This document shows, in pieces, positions 9,513 to 19,280 of a stretch of DNA of 58,537 bases. The stretch's first letter is position 1, and every line of letters begins with the position of its first letter. A program made the position numbers and the translations under genes. This stretch comes from Gaiellaceae bacterium (GTDB lineage: Bacteria > Actinomycetota > Thermoleophilia > Gaiellales > Gaiellaceae), in the NCBI GenBank assembly GCA_036497525.1, contig DASXJG010000071.1, positions 1-58,537 of the forward strand, written 5' to 3'. Under the pieces are notes generated by a model. That model was given only the letters and a program-made list of their open reading frames with translations. It did not search any database and had not been told where the DNA came from.

Positions 9513-10169
9513 TCATATCGCCGCGGCGACCCGGTCGGCCGCCTCGTCGCATTCGCTCAGGCGATGTAGCGCATCGTCGGCGGCGAAACGAGCTGCCACG
9601 CGCACGACCTCCGCGCCGAGCGTCTCGAGCTGCGCGCGGACGTTCGGGTCTCGAACCTGCCCCTCGTCGTCGAACGCGCCGTGGGCGCCGGCGACGGGAA
9701 CCACATAGGGAACGGCCCAGCCCCGAAGCGCGCGAACGGAGAATTCCATGGTGTTGATCCCCTGCAACCCGTGAACTCCGCCGGCGGCGCTGATCAACCC
9801 GATCACCTTGTCGTGGAGGAACGGCGGCTCGCGCCGGCCGAGCACGTGCAACCAGTCGAGGGCGTTCTTGAACGCTCCCGAGATCGTTCCCTGATAGAGC
9901 GGGCTGCTCCAGAGCATCCCATCCGCGCGGTAGCACTCCTCCACCAGACGCTCGGCCGAGCCGATCGGCTGCTCGTGGTCGGGATCGAACATCGGCAGGT
10001 CGAGCTCCTGCAGGTCGAGCAGCAGCGTCTCGGCACCGGCTTCAGCGGCGCCGTCGAGCGCGACCTGTAGCGCCGCCCGGCTTCGGGATGTCCCCCCGAG
10101 CGAGCCTCCCAGGCCGACAATCGACAGCTTTCTCTCGTGCTCCGGCATCGACTCGAGAGTCTCGCTCAT
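9513..10169 (-). CDS. NADPH-dependent FMN reductase family flavoprotein
   Basis: Start trimmed to ATG 10169 (alternative ATG at 10148). Motifs LSIVGLGGSLGGTSRS and WSSPLYQGTISGAFKNALDW. The upstream 129 codons of ORF ..10556 are Ser/Thr/Arg-rich shadow of the protease gene. Confidence 0.8.
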   Translation of the reverse strand: MSETLESMPEHERKLSIVGLGGSLGGTSRSRAALQVALDGAAEAGAETLLLDLQELDLPMFDPDHEQPIGSAERLVEECYRADGMLWSSPLYQGTISGAFKNALDWLHVLGRREPPFLHDKVIGLISAAGGVHGLQGINTMEFSVRALRGWAVPYVVPVAGAHGAFDDEGQVRDPNVRAQLETLGAEVVRVAARFAADDALHRLSECDEAADRVAAAI

Positions 10170-11196
10170 GGACGGTGCGGTACGCAGGGGGGTCGTGGGT
10201 ACCGTGGCTCGAATGGCGCGACTGACGCTGGTGGGCAGCGGGCTTCCCGAGGACGAGGACGACGCACTCGACGCGTACTCACAGGTCGTCGTGACCCTTG
10301 CCGAGCGAGTGACGCCGTCGGTCGCGAATCTCCGCGTCACCCGCCGGGTGCGCGGTGGACGGGTCCTCGCCGGCGGCGGCAGCGGCGTCGTGATCACGCC
10401 GGACGGCTTCCTCGTCACCTCGGCGCACGTCGTGGGAGGCACCCGCGGCGCCGGCCGCGCGTCGTTCTCCGACGGCCGCGACGTCGAGTTCGCGGTGATC
10501 GGCGCCGATCCACTCTCCGACCTCGCGGTGGTGCGACTCGACGCCGAAGCGTTCACGGCCGCGGAGCTCGGCGACGCCGAGCGGCTCCGTGTCGGTCAGC
10601 TCGTCGTGGCGATCGGGAACCCGAACGGCTTCGCCGGCTCGGTCACCGCAGGGGTCGTCTCGGCGCTCGGACGCTCGCTGCCGACGCGCTCCGGAGTGAA
10701 CGTGCGCGTCGTCGACAACGTCATCCAGACCGACGCTGCGCTCAATCCCGGCAACTCCGGCGGGGCGCTTGCCGACGGCCGCGGCCGTGTGGTCGGCATC
10801 AACACCGCCGTCGCGGGTGTCGGCCTCGGCCTGGCGGTGCCGATCAACGCAGCGACGCGGCAGATCATCGGGGCCCTGATGACGGAGGGCCGCTTCCGCC
10901 GCGCCTATCTCGGAATCGGCGGCCAGCAGCGGCCGTTGCCGCCGCGCCTCGCCCGCGAGCTGGGCCGCGCCGGCTGCGTCGAGGTGGGCGAGGTCGTCGA
11001 CGACGCGCCTGCCGGCCTGGCAGGCGTTCGGCCCGGCGACCTGATCGTCGCCGTCGACGGCCGCCAGGTCGAGACCATGGGAGAGCTGCAGCGCCTACTC
11101 GTCGGCGAGCGCATCGGTGCGCCCGTCACGTTCACCGTGGCACGGCACGAGCGCGTTCTCGACATCGTCGTCATCCCGAACGAGCTCGCTGCGTAG
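10168..11196 (+). CDS. Trypsin-like serine protease with C-terminal PDZ domain (HtrA/DegP family)
   Basis: Catalytic-His region LVTSAHVV and catalytic-Ser motif GNSGGAL, followed by a PDZ-like segment (VVDDAPAGLAGVRPGDLIVAVDG). Start is uncertain, either 10168 or ATG 10213. Confidence 0.8.
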   Translation: MDGAVRRGVVGTVARMARLTLVGSGLPEDEDDALDAYSQVVVTLAERVTPSVANLRVTRRVRGGRVLAGGGSGVVITPDGFLVTSAHVVGGTRGAGRASFSDGRDVEFAVIGADPLSDLAVVRLDAEAFTAAELGDAERLRVGQLVVAIGNPNGFAGSVTAGVVSALGRSLPTRSGVNVRVVDNVIQTDAALNPGNSGGALADGRGRVVGINTAVAGVGLGLAVPINAATRQIIGALMTEGRFRRAYLGIGGQQRPLPPRLARELGRAGCVEVGEVVDDAPAGLAGVRPGDLIVAVDGRQVETMGELQRLLVGERIGAPVTFTVARHERVLDIVVIPNELAA

Positions 11197-11208
11197 GACG
11201 TGCGGTCG

Positions 11209-12189
11209 CTAGGCGTCCACGAGAGCGACCAGAGTGCCCATCTGCTCGCCCTCCAGGCGAAGCGCGGCCCAGCTGTCGCCCCCGTCCGGGCTTTCCCAGA
11301 TCTGACCGTCGGCCAGGCCGGCGAACAGCCGGCCGTCGGCGGCGAGAAGCGCGTACGGCATCGCCCGTAGCGGCTCGGGGAGGCCGCCGGCGAGCGGCTG
11401 CCAGGGCTCGCCGCCGCGTCGGCGATAGATGCGGGCTTGCGGGTCGTCGCCGCCGTGGGCGGCGAACGGGCCGGTGCTCGCCGACAGGTACCAGCAGTCG
11501 GCGTCGTCCGGATCCACGGCGACCGACCACGTGTAGCGGCGGTCGAGCCCCTCGTCGGCCGGCTGCCAGCTCTCGCCTGCGTCGGTGCTGAACGCCGCAC
11601 CGCCGCCGCTTGCTTCGTACGCACGACCCGGCGTATGCGGATGCCACGCGAGCGAGTGCACATCCGGCTGGGCGCCGGGGCGGTGATCCTGCCAGCTCAC
11701 GCCGCCGTCGCTCGAGCGCATCAGGCCGCCCAGCTCGATCCCGATCAGGAGCAGGCCCGCGTCGTGCGGGCTGGGTGCGATCCACCGCACGTGCGACGTC
11801 CACGGCCGTGGCGGGAAGCTCCACCGAGGCTGCGAAGGGAGCTCGAGCAGCGCATCGAGCTCGCTCCAACTCTCACCCCTGTCGTAGCTGCGGAAGAGCC
11901 GGCTCGGCTCGGTCCCGGCGTATACCGCCCCATCAGCTGCACTCACGGCGAGCGAGAACACCGCCGGCTCCGGCAACTCGCAGTCGATCCAGGTTCGTCC
12001 GCCGTCGACGCTGCGGCGCATTCCGCCTTCACGTAGTCCGGCATACAGAGTCTCCTGATCGGCCGGGTCGACCGCCAGGCACTGTGCTCCGCTCGCCGGC
12101 AGCGACAGCGCTACCGTCCACGCCCCGCCCTCCTCGTCGAGCCGGGCAATGCCGTCGCCGGTGGCGGCGTACAACCGCGCCATCGACAC
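11209..12189 (-). CDS. BNR/Asp-box repeat beta-propeller protein (sialidase/Ycf48-like fold)
   Basis: Five SxDxGxSW-type Asp boxes: SVDGGRTW, SYDRGESW, SSDGGVSW, STDAGESW, SPDGGDSW. Start is GTG 12189 or ATG 12183. Confidence 0.7.
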   Translation of the reverse strand: MSMARLYAATGDGIARLDEEGGAWTVALSLPASGAQCLAVDPADQETLYAGLREGGMRRSVDGGRTWIDCELPEPAVFSLAVSAADGAVYAGTEPSRLFRSYDRGESWSELDALLELPSQPRWSFPPRPWTSHVRWIAPSPHDAGLLLIGIELGGLMRSSDGGVSWQDHRPGAQPDVHSLAWHPHTPGRAYEASGGGAAFSTDAGESWQPADEGLDRRYTWSVAVDPDDADCWYLSASTGPFAAHGGDDPQARIYRRRGGEPWQPLAGGLPEPLRAMPYALLAADGRLFAGLADGQIWESPDGGDSWAALRLEGEQMGTLVALVDA

Positions 12190-12194
12190 AGCCT

Positions 12195-13292
12195 ATGAAC
12201 TCGAACGTCCGAGGCGTCGTAGATCCTGGCGGGATGGAGCGCATCGTCCGCTTCCCCGTGAAGACGGTCCTCACGGTCCTCGGGCTGATCATCGTGGTCT
12301 GGGGTCTGCTCCACGTGATCGTCATCGCGCGCTCCGTGATCGTCTACGTCTTGATCGCGATCTTCCTCGCGCTCGCGATCAACCCCCTCGTCGAGTTGCT
12401 CATACGACGGGGCATGCGTTCACGCGGCCTCGCGTCCGGAACGGCGTGCCTCATCGTCGTCGTCGCGATCGCCGGCATCAGCTACGCCTTCATCCCGACG
12501 CTCGTGGACAACGTCAACAACTTCGTCGACGCGGCCCCCGGTTACGTCCACGACCTGACGCACGGCAGGGGGCGGCTCGGCTTCCTCGAGACGAAGTACC
12601 ACGTCGTGGAGAGGTTGGAGCACTACGTCAAGCACGGCGGCGCGAAGAAGGTGCTCGGGCTGTCGGGCGCCGCGGTCACGGTCACGAAGGGCGTCCTCAA
12701 CTTCATCGTCGGCACCCTGACGGTCGCATTCCTCACGTTCTTCATGCTGCTCGAGGGTCCCGCGTGGACGGAACGCTTCTTCGGGCTGATGTCGCAGGAG
12801 TCGCAGAAGCGCTGGCGGGCGGTCGGACACGACATCTACCGCCAGGTCGGCGGCTACGTCACGGGGAATCTTGCGATCAGCGTGATTGCAGGCGCGCTGT
12901 CGACGTTCGCGCTGCTTCTGCTCGGTGTGCCCTTTGCGGTCGCACTCGGGCTCCTCGTCGGACTACTGGACCTGATTCCGCTCGTGGGCGCGACCCTCGC
13001 CGCGATCGTCGTCGCGGCGGTCGCATTCCTGCACTCGCCCACGGCCGGAATCGTGATGATCGTCTTCTTCATCGTCTACCAGCAGTTCGAGAACCACGTC
13101 CTGCAGCCGCTCGTGTACCACCGGACGGTCGCGCTGTCGCCGCTGGTGATCCTCATCTCGGTGCTGATCGGCGCGGAGCTCGCCGGGGTCCTCGGTGCGC
13201 TCGCGGCGATCCCGGTCGCCGGCGCGATCCAGGTGCTGATCCTCGATTTCCTGCGGGCGCGGCGCGAGCGGGCGATCGAGCCGGCCACCTGA
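12195..13292 (+). CDS. AI-2E family transporter (PerM/UPF0118)
   Basis: Polytopic membrane protein with the family-typical C-terminal FENHVLQPLVY and IPVAGAIQVL segments. Start is ATG 12195 or ATG 12234. The earlier part of ORF 11610.. is shadow. Confidence 0.8.
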   Translation: MNSNVRGVVDPGGMERIVRFPVKTVLTVLGLIIVVWGLLHVIVIARSVIVYVLIAIFLALAINPLVELLIRRGMRSRGLASGTACLIVVVAIAGISYAFIPTLVDNVNNFVDAAPGYVHDLTHGRGRLGFLETKYHVVERLEHYVKHGGAKKVLGLSGAAVTVTKGVLNFIVGTLTVAFLTFFMLLEGPAWTERFFGLMSQESQKRWRAVGHDIYRQVGGYVTGNLAISVIAGALSTFALLLLGVPFAVALGLLVGLLDLIPLVGATLAAIVVAAVAFLHSPTAGIVMIVFFIVYQQFENHVLQPLVYHRTVALSPLVILISVLIGAELAGVLGALAAIPVAGAIQVLILDFLRARRERAIEPAT

Positions 13293-13298
13293 CCGGAG

Positions 13299-14201
13299 TT
13301 ATCCCGCGGCGTCCTCGTCCGGAATGAACCTGCGCAGCGAGTCCGCCGCAGGAACGAAGTAGTAGGCGCCGGTGAGCGGGCGCGTGAAGCGGGTTAGCGC
13401 GTCGCGGGGCCCGTCACCCAGCCCGGCCATGCCCGCGAGCATGTCGGAGAGCCGCTTCTGGTCGGCGCTGAAGCCGACGAACATGGTGCCGTGGTTCGTG
13501 ACGGTGCCGTACGGCATGTTGCGGCGGAAGATCTTGCCGAAGTTGTCCTGGTCGGTGCTCGCGACGTGCGAGTTCTCGGGCTTGTCCTCGATCTCCGTGC
13601 TGTCCGGTTTCAGGCGACCGATTACCGCCTCCTGCTCGGCGACGGACAGCGACTCCCACATCCGCGCGTCGTGCTCCCACTTCTGCAACAGCAGGATCGT
13701 GCCCGAGCCTCCCGGCTCCGCTTCCGGGACGAGCGCGAACTCGGGCGCCTCGATCAGGGTCGGATTCTCGCTCCCGTCGATGAAGCCGGTGAGATCGCGG
13801 TCGTGCATGTACGGCCAGCTCGAGGTCTCGTCGACGACGGTCCCGAGGTCGCTCAGCTCCGCGATCGAGTTGCGCGCGCACTCGAAGACGACGTCGTAGG
13901 CGCTGCCGGACAGCCAGAGGACCGCGTCGTGCTGTGTCGCCGGCATGACGAAGCCGTCCGGGCCGACAAGCTCGTCATCGAAGTCGCTCACAGCCGCGGG
14001 CGCGTCCTCGGGAACCACCTCGGCCCACAGCGACGGCCTGAAGCCGACGACGAGGTTGACGCCGCCCATCGTCGTCCGGGGCTCCCGCAAGCCGGCAATC
14101 GCCGCGACGAGGTCCGCGGCGCGCGCGGGTTGAGCGTCGAACTCGAGGTAGGCGTGCGACGCCGTCCCGAGCGCGAAGATGCCTCCCTGGGGCGTCTTCA
14201 T
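13299..14201 (-). CDS. Dye-decolorizing (DyP-type) peroxidase, YfeX-like size class
   Basis: 300 aa. It has the GFIDGSENP (GxxDG) motif, the distal/proximal region FRRNMPYG, and MFVGFS. Confidence 0.85.
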   Translation of the reverse strand: MKTPQGGIFALGTASHAYLEFDAQPARAADLVAAIAGLREPRTTMGGVNLVVGFRPSLWAEVVPEDAPAAVSDFDDELVGPDGFVMPATQHDAVLWLSGSAYDVVFECARNSIAELSDLGTVVDETSSWPYMHDRDLTGFIDGSENPTLIEAPEFALVPEAEPGGSGTILLLQKWEHDARMWESLSVAEQEAVIGRLKPDSTEIEDKPENSHVASTDQDNFGKIFRRNMPYGTVTNHGTMFVGFSADQKRLSDMLAGMAGLGDGPRDALTRFTRPLTGAYYFVPAADSLRRFIPDEDAAG

Positions 14202-14281
14202 CGGGCCAGTGTCCCACTACCGGGCTGAGTCGTGCTCCGGCTTGGCGGGATGCCGCGGCTTTCCCTATTCGTTGTAATGGG

Positions 14282-16081
14282 GTGATGGGGATGTTCTTCC
14301 ACGACCGCGGCGAGGCGCCGCCCGAGCGTCCGGCCGATCCCGAGCTGCGGCGCGCGAACCTGCGGCGGATAGGTCCGCTCTTCAAGCCGTACTCGCGGCG
14401 GCTCTCGGTGCTCCTCGGGCTGATCGTGTTCAGCGCGGGCCTCGGCGTCGTGCCGGCGTTCCTGCTCCGCCGCGTCCTGATCGCCATCCAGAACCACGAC
14501 ACCCGCCAGGTCTCCGTGAATGCGGCCGCGATGATCGTGATCGCCATCGTCGCGGGCATCCTCGGCGTGGTCCAGACGCTGCTCTCCAACCAGGTCGGCC
14601 AGCGTGTGATGCACGACCTCCGCGCAGCGGTGTTCCGCCACCTGCAGCGACTCTCGCTCGCGTTCTTCACGCGTACGCGCACCGGCGAGGTGCAGTCGCG
14701 CATCAACAACGACATCGGCGGCGTGCAGAGCGTCGTCACCAACACCGCGACGAACATCGCCTCGAGCGGGACGACCGTGGTCGCGACGATGATCGGCATG
14801 CTGCTGCTGAGCTGGCAGCTCGCCCTCTTCGCGTTCGCGCTGATCCCGATCTTCGCCGTGCTTACGCGCCGGGTCGGCAACGAGCGGCGGCGGATCGCGA
14901 AGACGACCCAGGAGTCGCTCGCCGACATCTCGAGCATCGTCCAGGAGTCGCTCTCGGTCAGCGGCATCCTGCTCGGGAAGACGATGGGGCGCGGCGACGA
15001 GCTCGCCGACCGCTTCCAGAGCGAATCGCAGAACCTGGCCGATCTCGAGGTGCGCCAGCGGATGGCCGGCCGCTGGGTGATGGCCTCGATCCAGACGAGC
15101 TTCGCGGTCATGCCGGCGGCCGTCTACTGGCTCGGCGGCACCGTGCTCAGCAGCACGATCTCGATCGCGACCATCGTCGCCTTCACCACGCTGCAGACGC
15201 GGCTCTTCTTCCCCATCGGCTCGCTGCTCGGCGTGAGCCTCGACATCCAGACCTCCCTTGCGCTCTTCGACCGCATCTTCGAGTACCTCGACGAGCCGGT
15301 CGACATCGAGGAGGGCACTATCGACGCCGCCCAGGCGGGGGACGTCGTCTACGACCACGTCTGGTTCCGCTATTCGGACGACGTCTGGACTTTGCAAGAC
15401 GTGAGCTTCGCCGTCCCGGCCGGGACGACGACCGCGCTCGTCGGCGAGACGGGTGCCGGGAAGACGACGCTCGGCTATCTCGCGGCGCGGCTCTACGACG
15501 CCGACCGCGGCTCCGTCTCGATCGGCGGCGTCGACATCCGCGACCTGAGCTTCGCCGCGCTCTCGAGCCTCGTCGGCGTCGTGTCGCAGGAGACGTATCT
15601 CTTCCATGCCACGGTGCGCGAGAACCTCCGCTTCGCGAAGCCCGACGCGAGCGACGAGGAGCTCTACGCGGCGGCCGAGGCCGCGCGCATCCACCACGTC
15701 ATCGCAGCGCTTCCCGAGGGCTACGACACGGTCGTCGGCGAGCGCGGCTACCGCTTCTCGGGAGGCGAGAAGCAGCGGATCGCCATCGCGCGCACGATCC
15801 TCCGCAACCCGCCGATCCTCGTCCTCGACGAGGCGACCTCCTCGCTCGACACCGAGACCGAGCGGCTCGTGCAGGAGGCGCTCGACCGGCTCTCGGAGGG
15901 TCGGACGACGATCGCGATCGCACACAGACTCTCGACCGTCAGGAACGCGGACCAGATCGTCGTGCTCGACCGCGGCCAGGTCGTCGAGCGCGGCCGGCAC
16001 GAGGAGCTGCTCGCCGCCGGCGGCCGCTACGCGGCGCTCGTCAGCCGCGACGCAGAGCTCGAGCCGCCGGCGCTCGTCTAG
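14282..16081 (+). CDS. ABC exporter, fused permease-ATPase half transporter (MsbA/multidrug type)
   Basis: Six-TM N-domain followed by Walker A GETGAGKTT, signature FSGGEKQRIAIAR and Walker B ILVLDEATSSLD. Confidence 0.85.
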   Translation: MMGMFFHDRGEAPPERPADPELRRANLRRIGPLFKPYSRRLSVLLGLIVFSAGLGVVPAFLLRRVLIAIQNHDTRQVSVNAAAMIVIAIVAGILGVVQTLLSNQVGQRVMHDLRAAVFRHLQRLSLAFFTRTRTGEVQSRINNDIGGVQSVVTNTATNIASSGTTVVATMIGMLLLSWQLALFAFALIPIFAVLTRRVGNERRRIAKTTQESLADISSIVQESLSVSGILLGKTMGRGDELADRFQSESQNLADLEVRQRMAGRWVMASIQTSFAVMPAAVYWLGGTVLSSTISIATIVAFTTLQTRLFFPIGSLLGVSLDIQTSLALFDRIFEYLDEPVDIEEGTIDAAQAGDVVYDHVWFRYSDDVWTLQDVSFAVPAGTTTALVGETGAGKTTLGYLAARLYDADRGSVSIGGVDIRDLSFAALSSLVGVVSQETYLFHATVRENLRFAKPDASDEELYAAAEAARIHHVIAALPEGYDTVVGERGYRFSGGEKQRIAIARTILRNPPILVLDEATSSLDTETERLVQEALDRLSEGRTTIAIAHRLSTVRNADQIVVLDRGQVVERGRHEELLAAGGRYAALVSRDAELEPPALV

Positions 16082-16134
16082 CGACGGCGGCCCCATTTAG
16101 TCTGAGTCCGTCAGCACAACGTCGGGAGGACGCC

Positions 16135-16425
16135 ATGAACTCGATCGCCTGGAGCGAAGTCACCCATGACGACGTGGTACGCGCGATCCACGAGTACGAC
16201 CGATTGGGCGCAGAAGGGTTCTTCTCGAAGCACGGCTTCGGGCCGACCACAACCTACGACCTCGTCTGGGAGGAGCGGCCCTACCCGCCGAAGGCAATCC
16301 TCGGCACCGCACACGAGCTCGCGACCGGACGCCGCCTCGAGTCCGGCGACTTCGAGGGCGGCAAGGCCGGAGCGGTGAAGATCCTCGGAAGGCTCGGATT
16401 CACCGTCCAGCCAAAGCACGGCTGA
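16135..16425 (+). CDS. Small stand-alone protein resembling the N-terminal head domain of McrA-type HNH restriction endonucleases
   Basis: ATG follows GGGAGGA. The pattern V.RAI.EYD.LG...F..K.GFG....Y.LV.....YP.KAI.G.AH....G..L....F.GG......L..LGF is the one I associate with N-termini of ScoMcrA-like enzymes. No nuclease domain follows it here. Confidence 0.5.
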   Translation: MNSIAWSEVTHDDVVRAIHEYDRLGAEGFFSKHGFGPTTTYDLVWEERPYPPKAILGTAHELATGRRLESGDFEGGKAGAVKILGRLGFTVQPKHG

Positions 16426-16441
16426 CCCGGCGGCGGCACGC

Positions 16442-18559
16442 TCATCGTTCGTCCCTCGGCGCGTCGACCGTGATCGGCGCATCGAAGTTGTCCATGCGGT
16501 TGCGCATGAAGTGAGCCGTCGCGATCATCTCGAGGCGGCGAGTCTGATACGTCCGGCGGTCGACCCAGAGCTTGAACCAGGCGGGCGTGGCCGGATCGAG
16601 AAACGACACGACCCAGACCGGATCGCCACGGACATGTGCGAGGCGCAACAGGTGCGCGTCGGTGAAGCGAGCCGGCCAGAACGGAACCGGCTCACTGACC
16701 GGCGGATCTTGTGCGGACTCCCGCCAGGGTCCGCGGCGGGACGCGCGATCCCAGCGGCGTCTGCCGACGATGATCGAGCCCGAGCCGTCCGAGTTCACGT
16801 ACTCGAGGCGGTCCGGCGCGACCTCGTTGTACCTCGTCGTCACCTCGTGCTCGGCATCCGAGGCGAGGCGCGAGCGGATCACGAGCGTACGCAGGTGGTC
16901 GATCTTGGCCGCGGCGCGGCGCACGATCGTCGTGGCGTCGCGAGCCGGGAGGCGGGCCGGAGGATCGAAGGTGAGGGTGCTCGCGGAGGCTCCCGGCGTC
17001 TCGACCCGCAGGAGGATGCTGCCCAGCAGCCCGGCGGCCGGCGCGGTGGCGTGGTAGCAACCCGCGCCACAAGAGGTGGCGGCCGCGAAGCGCGCACCAG
17101 CGCCGCTCTCCACGATGAAACGCAGTCCAGCCCGGGAGACCGGGCCGTTCGGCCCGAGCACGGTCGCGCGTAGCGCGATCCGCGAGGCGATCCGCGCGAT
17201 CCCGAGCCCGACGGCGAGGTCACCGTCCTGGGCAGCGAGAACGACGGTTCGATTCGGCGCTGCCGTGTGGGACGAGACGTAGTCGCGGCCGGGCCGGACG
17301 TTTGTCAGGACGGCGACCAGCGTGACCACGACGGTAAGCGCCGCGAGCTCCGCGAAGACGTTACGGCGAAGGCGCCTCGCCACCGCCGACCCGCGCTCAC
17401 CGTCGTCGACATTCCGCGCGAGCGCGGGTGTCAACCGGTAGCGGTTCAGCCAGCCGATCAGGACCAACCCGGAAAAGACGACCGTCTTGGCGAGCAGCAG
17501 GCGACCGTAGCCCGTCGTCCAGAGCTGCGAGAACGAGCTCAGCTCGCCGAAGGCGCGGATCACGCCGCTGAGGCCTACGAGCGCGACCGCGACGACCGCG
17601 ATCCGCGAGTAGCGCACAACGAGCGACAGCCCGCTGCGGCTAGACGACGAATCCGCCGTCCGCACCACGAACGACAGGATGAGGCCGAGCTCGAGCGAGC
17701 CACCGATCCAAAACGCCGCCGAGGCAAGGTGGACGAGATCCGCAGGCACGCTCACGCCCCTCGCCACGCCCTGCTGCAGCGCATGCCCCGTCACCGTCGG
17801 GAGGGCGAGGAGCAGGAGCGCGGCCAGCCAGGCGGCCGGCCTGAGCGCCCTCACCCGAAGCGAGGCCAAGGCGGCCACCGCGGCCAACGCGGCGACAGCT
17901 CCACCGATCTCCATCCGGTACCCGAACGTCGTGCCCGAGGTGCCCGGCTCCAGCGCTACCGAGAGGTACGCCCCGAGTGCGGCGACCGCCAGCGCCGGGG
18001 CAAGGATCAAACCTTCTGCCCGGCGCAGTCTCCCTTCGAGCATCTCCCCCTCGCCCGCGCGCACCGCGGGCCGCCAGACGAGCAGGCCGAACAGGGTCGC
18101 ACCCGCACCGACGAGGAGTCCGGCGAGCAGGAGCCAGCGGCTCGCGACCGCCCAGAACGGCGGATCGCCGCTTCCGGCCGAGAGGACGGTGCGCGGCGGC
18201 GGTCCCCCACTACCCACCTTGAAAGCGAAGACCCCGGCGATCAGGTGGCCGTCGTCGACGTCGATCTCGCGCCAACGGACCGTGTAGTCCCCGTGGTCGA
18301 GGTGCGGCCGGAGGGGCAGGACGATCTCGGTCGGCTTTCCGGTAGGCACGAACGGACGGCCGGCCAGCACGGAGCCGCCCCCGTTGCGCACGACCTCGAT
18401 GTCCGGCGCCGGCCGCACTCCTTCGTCGAAGAAGAGCCTCACCACCCTCGGAGCACGGACCATCTCCGATGCAGCCGCGGGCTCCGACCGAACGAGAAAG
18501 GCATGCGCCGCGGCCGGGGCAGGCCAGAGGAGGGCCAACGCCGAAGCTGCGGCGACCAA
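16442..18559 (-). CDS. Copper resistance CopC-CopD fusion protein (YcnJ-like) with an extra C-terminal extracytoplasmic domain of about 290 aa
   Basis: The N-terminal signal ends AAAHA and is followed directly by the CopC-type HAFLVRSEP start and DYTVRWREIDVDDGH. A multi-TM CopD-like block follows, then a soluble tail. Start is uncertain: TTG 18559 lacks a basic n-region, and an upstream non-canonical start downstream of GGGGAGG is possible. Confidence 0.75.
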   Translation of the reverse strand: MVAAASALALLWPAPAAAHAFLVRSEPAAASEMVRAPRVVRLFFDEGVRPAPDIEVVRNGGGSVLAGRPFVPTGKPTEIVLPLRPHLDHGDYTVRWREIDVDDGHLIAGVFAFKVGSGGPPPRTVLSAGSGDPPFWAVASRWLLLAGLLVGAGATLFGLLVWRPAVRAGEGEMLEGRLRRAEGLILAPALAVAALGAYLSVALEPGTSGTTFGYRMEIGGAVAALAAVAALASLRVRALRPAAWLAALLLLALPTVTGHALQQGVARGVSVPADLVHLASAAFWIGGSLELGLILSFVVRTADSSSSRSGLSLVVRYSRIAVVAVALVGLSGVIRAFGELSSFSQLWTTGYGRLLLAKTVVFSGLVLIGWLNRYRLTPALARNVDDGERGSAVARRLRRNVFAELAALTVVVTLVAVLTNVRPGRDYVSSHTAAPNRTVVLAAQDGDLAVGLGIARIASRIALRATVLGPNGPVSRAGLRFIVESGAGARFAAATSCGAGCYHATAPAAGLLGSILLRVETPGASASTLTFDPPARLPARDATTIVRRAAAKIDHLRTLVIRSRLASDAEHEVTTRYNEVAPDRLEYVNSDGSGSIIVGRRRWDRASRRGPWRESAQDPPVSEPVPFWPARFTDAHLLRLAHVRGDPVWVVSFLDPATPAWFKLWVDRRTYQTRRLEMIATAHFMRNRMDNFDAPITVDAPRDER

Positions 18560-18740
18560 GCGGAATCGACCGATTGCTTGCCTCCCCGTTTAGAAGGATC
18601 CCTCACCCCGAACCCTGCCCACCGAGTGCGAACGCCGGCTACGTGGCAGGCCGCAAATTCACGACTGCGGCTAGCCGGTACGTCGGTTTCCAGGCCGCCG
18701 CGATGCTCGGCGGCCGGCGGCAAGGCATCGTGATCGGCAG

Positions 18741-19250
18741 ATGTTCCGTCGCACCCCACTCCTCCTCGGCGCGTTGCCGGTCGCAGTCCTGGCTCTGGCG
18801 GCCTGCGGCGGCAGCGCGTCGAACGCGCTTCCCACCACGCCCAGCGGGCACCCGGCGACGGTCGGCGTCGCGAGCACCGGGCTCGGCGACGTCCTCGTCG
18901 ACCGGCAGGGGCGCACGCTGTACTTCTTCGGACGCGACTCGGGAACGGTCAGCTCTTGCATGGGTTCATGCGCTGCCAACTGGCCGCCGCTGAGCGCCGG
19001 CCGAAATCCCGCGATCGGAAGCGGCGCCAAGGCAGCCGACGTCGGAACCACGAGTCGCCCGGACGGGAGAAGCCAGCTCACCTACAGCGGCCATCCCCTG
19101 TACACCTTCGTGAATGACAAGAAGCCGGGCGACACCAATGGCGAGGGCATCAAGGCGTTCGGCGGCTCGTGGTTTGCCGTCTCCCCGTCCGGATCCAAGG
19201 TCGCGCCCGCGTCCAAGCCGCAGGGCGGCGGCGGCTACGGCGGCTACTAA
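18741..19250 (+). CDS. Lipoprotein with two Yx(F/W/Y)xxD repeats (COG4315 family, function unknown)
   Basis: Lipobox LALAAC. Two repeats are present (LYFFGRD..C.G.CA..WPP and LYTFVND....G.GEG....W). Gly/Tyr-rich tail. Confidence 0.75.
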   Translation: MFRRTPLLLGALPVAVLALAACGGSASNALPTTPSGHPATVGVASTGLGDVLVDRQGRTLYFFGRDSGTVSSCMGSCAANWPPLSAGRNPAIGSGAKAADVGTTSRPDGRSQLTYSGHPLYTFVNDKKPGDTNGEGIKAFGGSWFAVSPSGSKVAPASKPQGGGGYGGY

Positions 19251-19280
19251 ACCGGCGCTTCTCCTGGAACGCTGACCGGG

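Noticed and set aside
13299-14201. DyP peroxidase considered as possible encapsulin cargo
   Set aside because: No encapsulin shell gene is adjacent, and the C-terminus (..RRFIPDEDAAG) lacks the Gly/Ser-rich targeting peptide pattern.
18669-18681. The 13-mer gctagccggtacg is shared between 18669 and 26409
   Set aside because: A single 13-nt match is expected by chance in a 58-kb GC-biased window, and there is no extended similarity around either copy.
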